Source: an uncultured bacterium
GTDB taxonomy: Bacteria > Zixibacteria > MSB-5A5 > CAIYYT01
Reading direction: 5' to 3'
Length of the DNA stretch: 64,000 bases
NCBI GenBank assembly: GCA_963726455.1
Contig: CAVSCK010000004.1
Location: 1,184,001-1,248,000 of the forward strand
A model generated the notes under the pieces. It had not been told where the DNA came from. It saw only the letters and a program-made list of their open reading frames with translations, and made no database searches. A program made the translations under genes and the position numbers. Positions 61,565 to 64,000 of this stretch are shown here, piece after piece; the first letter of the stretch is position 1; the number at the start of each line of letters is the position of its first letter.

Positions 61565-62959
61565 TTGAGTATCGAAGCCGGAGCACACCGGGAAATATTT
61601 GTCGAGGGAAATCCTCGCTTCAGCGCCATCACGAGCAGGATCAGCGGCATCGTCGAGTCGAAGACGGCCATGGGCTGGATACTGCTGTTCGGAATGGCCG
61701 TTTCCTTGCTGTTGCTCCTGCTGGGCTCGGTCGGATATCTGCTTTGGGAAGGAATCGGCATCTGGGGCCTGAATATCCCATCCGGTTGGGGATTTGACAT
61801 TACTAACTTTGTCTGGTGGGTCGGCATCGGGCACGCGGGCACATTGATATCGGCGATTCTATTTCTATTCCGGCAGCGCTGGCGGACATCGATCAATCGT
61901 TTCGCGGAGGCGATGACAATATTCGCGGTGATTTGTGCACTGCTGTTTCCGTCGATACATGTCGGTCGCGCCTGGCTGTTGTATTGGGTGTTTCCGGTAC
62001 CAAATCAGATGGCGATGTGGCCCAACTTCCGCAGTCCGCTTCTCTGGGACTTCTTCGCCGTCGGGACTTACTTCACTTGCTCATTGCTGTTCTGGTACGT
62101 CGGATTGATTCCTGATCTGGCAACTCTGAGAGACCGCGCCAAAACCCGCGTGCGCAAGATTCTTTACGGGATATTCGCCATCGGCTGGCGTGGTGGGAAC
62201 CGGCAGTGGAAGCATTATGAGTTGGCGTACCTGATCCTGGCAGGCATCATGACGCCTTTGGTGTTGTCAGTTCACTCGGTCGTCAGCACCGACTTCGCGA
62301 CCAGTGTTGTACCGGGATGGCATACCACGATCTATCCCCCCTATTTCGTAGCCGGCGCAATCTTCTCGGGCTTCGCGATGGTGATGACCTTGATACTGAT
62401 CGCCCGGCGAATCTACCATCTGGAAGACATCATCACCATGAAGCATCTCGAACGAATGAACATTCTGATGCTGGTTACGGGACTAATGGTGTCATATTCC
62501 TATGTCAGCGAGTTCTTCATCGCCTGGTATTCAGCGAATCCTTACGAACAGTTCGCTTTTTACAATCGCGTCTTCGGCCCCTATTGGTGGGCTTCAGCGA
62601 TAATGCTGGTCTGCAATGTTGCGGTGCCGCAGCTATTCTGGTTCAAACGTTTTCGAACCAGCATACTGGTAATGTTCATAGTTTCGATTCTGATCAATGT
62701 CGGCATGTGGTTCGAGCGCTGGGTGATTATTCTTTCCCTGTTGCGCGATTACTTACCGTCGAGTTGGGGATGGTACTGGCCGACGAAATGGGAAGTCTTC
62801 ATTATGGTCGGCGCTTTCGGACTGTTCTTCACGTTGTTCCTGTTGTTCATTCGCCACCTGCCGATCGTTGCGATGTCGGAAGTGAAGAACGTATTACCGC
62901 AGGCAGATCCTCACTACAAAACAGAAATGAGCCGCGGCGCAACAGGAGGTAATGCGTGA
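61565..62959 (+). CDS. actC: Alternative complex III NrfD-type membrane subunit
   Basis: WWVGIGHAGTLISA, SPLLWD and SVHS.VS motifs. Confidence 0.95.
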   Translation: MSIEAGAHREIFVEGNPRFSAITSRISGIVESKTAMGWILLFGMAVSLLLLLLGSVGYLLWEGIGIWGLNIPSGWGFDITNFVWWVGIGHAGTLISAILFLFRQRWRTSINRFAEAMTIFAVICALLFPSIHVGRAWLLYWVFPVPNQMAMWPNFRSPLLWDFFAVGTYFTCSLLFWYVGLIPDLATLRDRAKTRVRKILYGIFAIGWRGGNRQWKHYELAYLILAGIMTPLVLSVHSVVSTDFATSVVPGWHTTIYPPYFVAGAIFSGFAMVMTLILIARRIYHLEDIITMKHLERMNILMLVTGLMVSYSYVSEFFIAWYSANPYEQFAFYNRVFGPYWWASAIMLVCNVAVPQLFWFKRFRTSILVMFIVSILINVGMWFERWVIILSLLRDYLPSSWGWYWPTKWEVFIMVGAFGLFFTLFLLFIRHLPIVAMSEVKNVLPQADPHYKTEMSRGATGGNA

Positions 62960-63498
62960 ACAGCATTCCGCACGTGGCGACCATACTTGCCGAATTCGAT
63001 TCGCCGGCGGCCTTGTTGGCGGCAGCCCGGAAGGTCAAGGACGCGGGCTACACACATTTCGACAGTCATTCACCATTTCCGGTACACGGGATGGATGAAG
63101 CAATGGGATTGAAACGATCATCTCTTGGATATTGGGTAGGCGCCGTAGCGTTCGTGGCAATAGCGGCAGCAACGCTGGCCATCTGGTGGATTACGGCAGT
63201 TGATTTCCCGATGGTGATTTCGGGAAAACCATATTTCAGTTTCCAGGCATTTGTACCGGTGATATTTGCGGTGACGATTCTGTCTTCCGCACTCGCGACA
63301 TTGATCACGATGCTCGCGCTGAATCGACTGCCGAAGTTATTCCATCCGCTTTTCGAGTCCAAGCGATTCGCGAAAGTAACCGACGATGCCTTCTTTATCA
63401 GTATAGAGGCAGACGATCCGAAATTCGAGGCGTTGGCTACCGAGCAATTCCTGAAGGATATCGGCAGCAATTATGTGGAGGTCATCGAACTGGCATGA
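62956..63498 (+). CDS. actD: Alternative complex III subunit D (DUF3341)
   Basis: SPFPVHG, SGKP and DD.FF motifs. Confidence 0.93.
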   Translation: MNSIPHVATILAEFDSPAALLAAARKVKDAGYTHFDSHSPFPVHGMDEAMGLKRSSLGYWVGAVAFVAIAAATLAIWWITAVDFPMVISGKPYFSFQAFVPVIFAVTILSSALATLITMLALNRLPKLFHPLFESKRFAKVTDDAFFISIEADDPKFEALATEQFLKDIGSNYVEVIELA

Positions 63499-64000
63499 GG
63501 AAGCGGATGTTCGCAAAAGTATCAATCGTTACTGCACTGCTGCTATTTGCACTTGGTGTGAATGGCTGTTTTCGCGGCGAGCCAAAACGCGAGCCGCCGA
63601 TTCATGTCAATCCGAATATGTTCAAGCAGGAAAAATATCTGCCGCAGTCGGAGAGCAGGTTCTTCGCCGACAGCGCCACAATGCGGCAGCCGGTAGCGGG
63701 AACAGTCCCCAACGACGAATGGCGTGGTGATACGGCGTTCTATCGAGGACGGGACGATCGCGACAGTCTGCTGGCGAAGTCCCCGGTGCCTCTGACGATC
63801 CAGTTGCTGAAACGCGGACAGGAACGATTCAACATCTACTGTTCGCCGTGCCATAGCAGAATTGGCGATGGTCAGGGAATAATCGTACAACGCGGATATG
63901 TGCCGCCACCAAGTTACCATCAGGATCGGCTGCGTAATGTTCCCGACGGATATATCTTTGACGTTATGACAAATGGACTGCGAAATATGCCCTCCTATCG
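63495..64000 (+). CDS. actE: Alternative complex III monoheme lipoprotein subunit, 3'-partial
   Basis: Not in the ORF track because it runs off the end. Translates MRKRMF...VNGC-FRG...RQPVAGTVP...RGQERFNIYCSPCH. Confidence 0.9.
   Translation, partial: MRKRMFAKVSIVTALLLFALGVNGCFRGEPKREPPIHVNPNMFKQEKYLPQSESRFFADSATMRQPVAGTVPNDEWRGDTAFYRGRDDRDSLLAKSPVPLTIQLLKRGQERFNIYCSPCHSRIGDGQGIIVQRGYVPPPSYHQDRLRNVPDGYIFDVMTNGLRNMPSY

Overview
Bacterial chromosomal segment of moderately high GC by eye. It is probably from an FCB-group organism such as Zixibacteria; this is an inference from the dockerin-like 'ISD.V.LI.YIF.GGP.P' C-termini, FlgD/T9SS-like sorting domains and a PorV-like gene. Most content is housekeeping or metabolic: an M16 peptidase pair, a CNNM/CBS protein, acpS, fbaB, argF, tnaA, asparaginase, comM, hutI, natAB, cheV, LPS genes, ctaB and the start of an alternative complex III operon (actABCDE). 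The best candidate for an undescribed system is a self-contained operon at 27.7-31.4 kb. It encodes three paralogous lipoproteins, each with a register-matched collagen-like Gly-X-Y stalk and an EB_dh/DOMON-like head, and only one keeps the heme-c motif. Other notable items: a mosaic of unrelated REP-like palindromes, including direct repeats that bracket an orphan gene; a roughly 170-nt structured RNA candidate ahead of asparaginase-tnaA; a degenerate RNase H-fold gene behind a sigma54-like promoter; an NDT/TIR-like putative defence gene; a roadblock-domain gene pair; and a cluster of frameshifts at 43-49.5 kb. No rRNA, tRNA, CRISPR array, integrase or transposase was seen. All family assignments come from motif recognition, not database searches.
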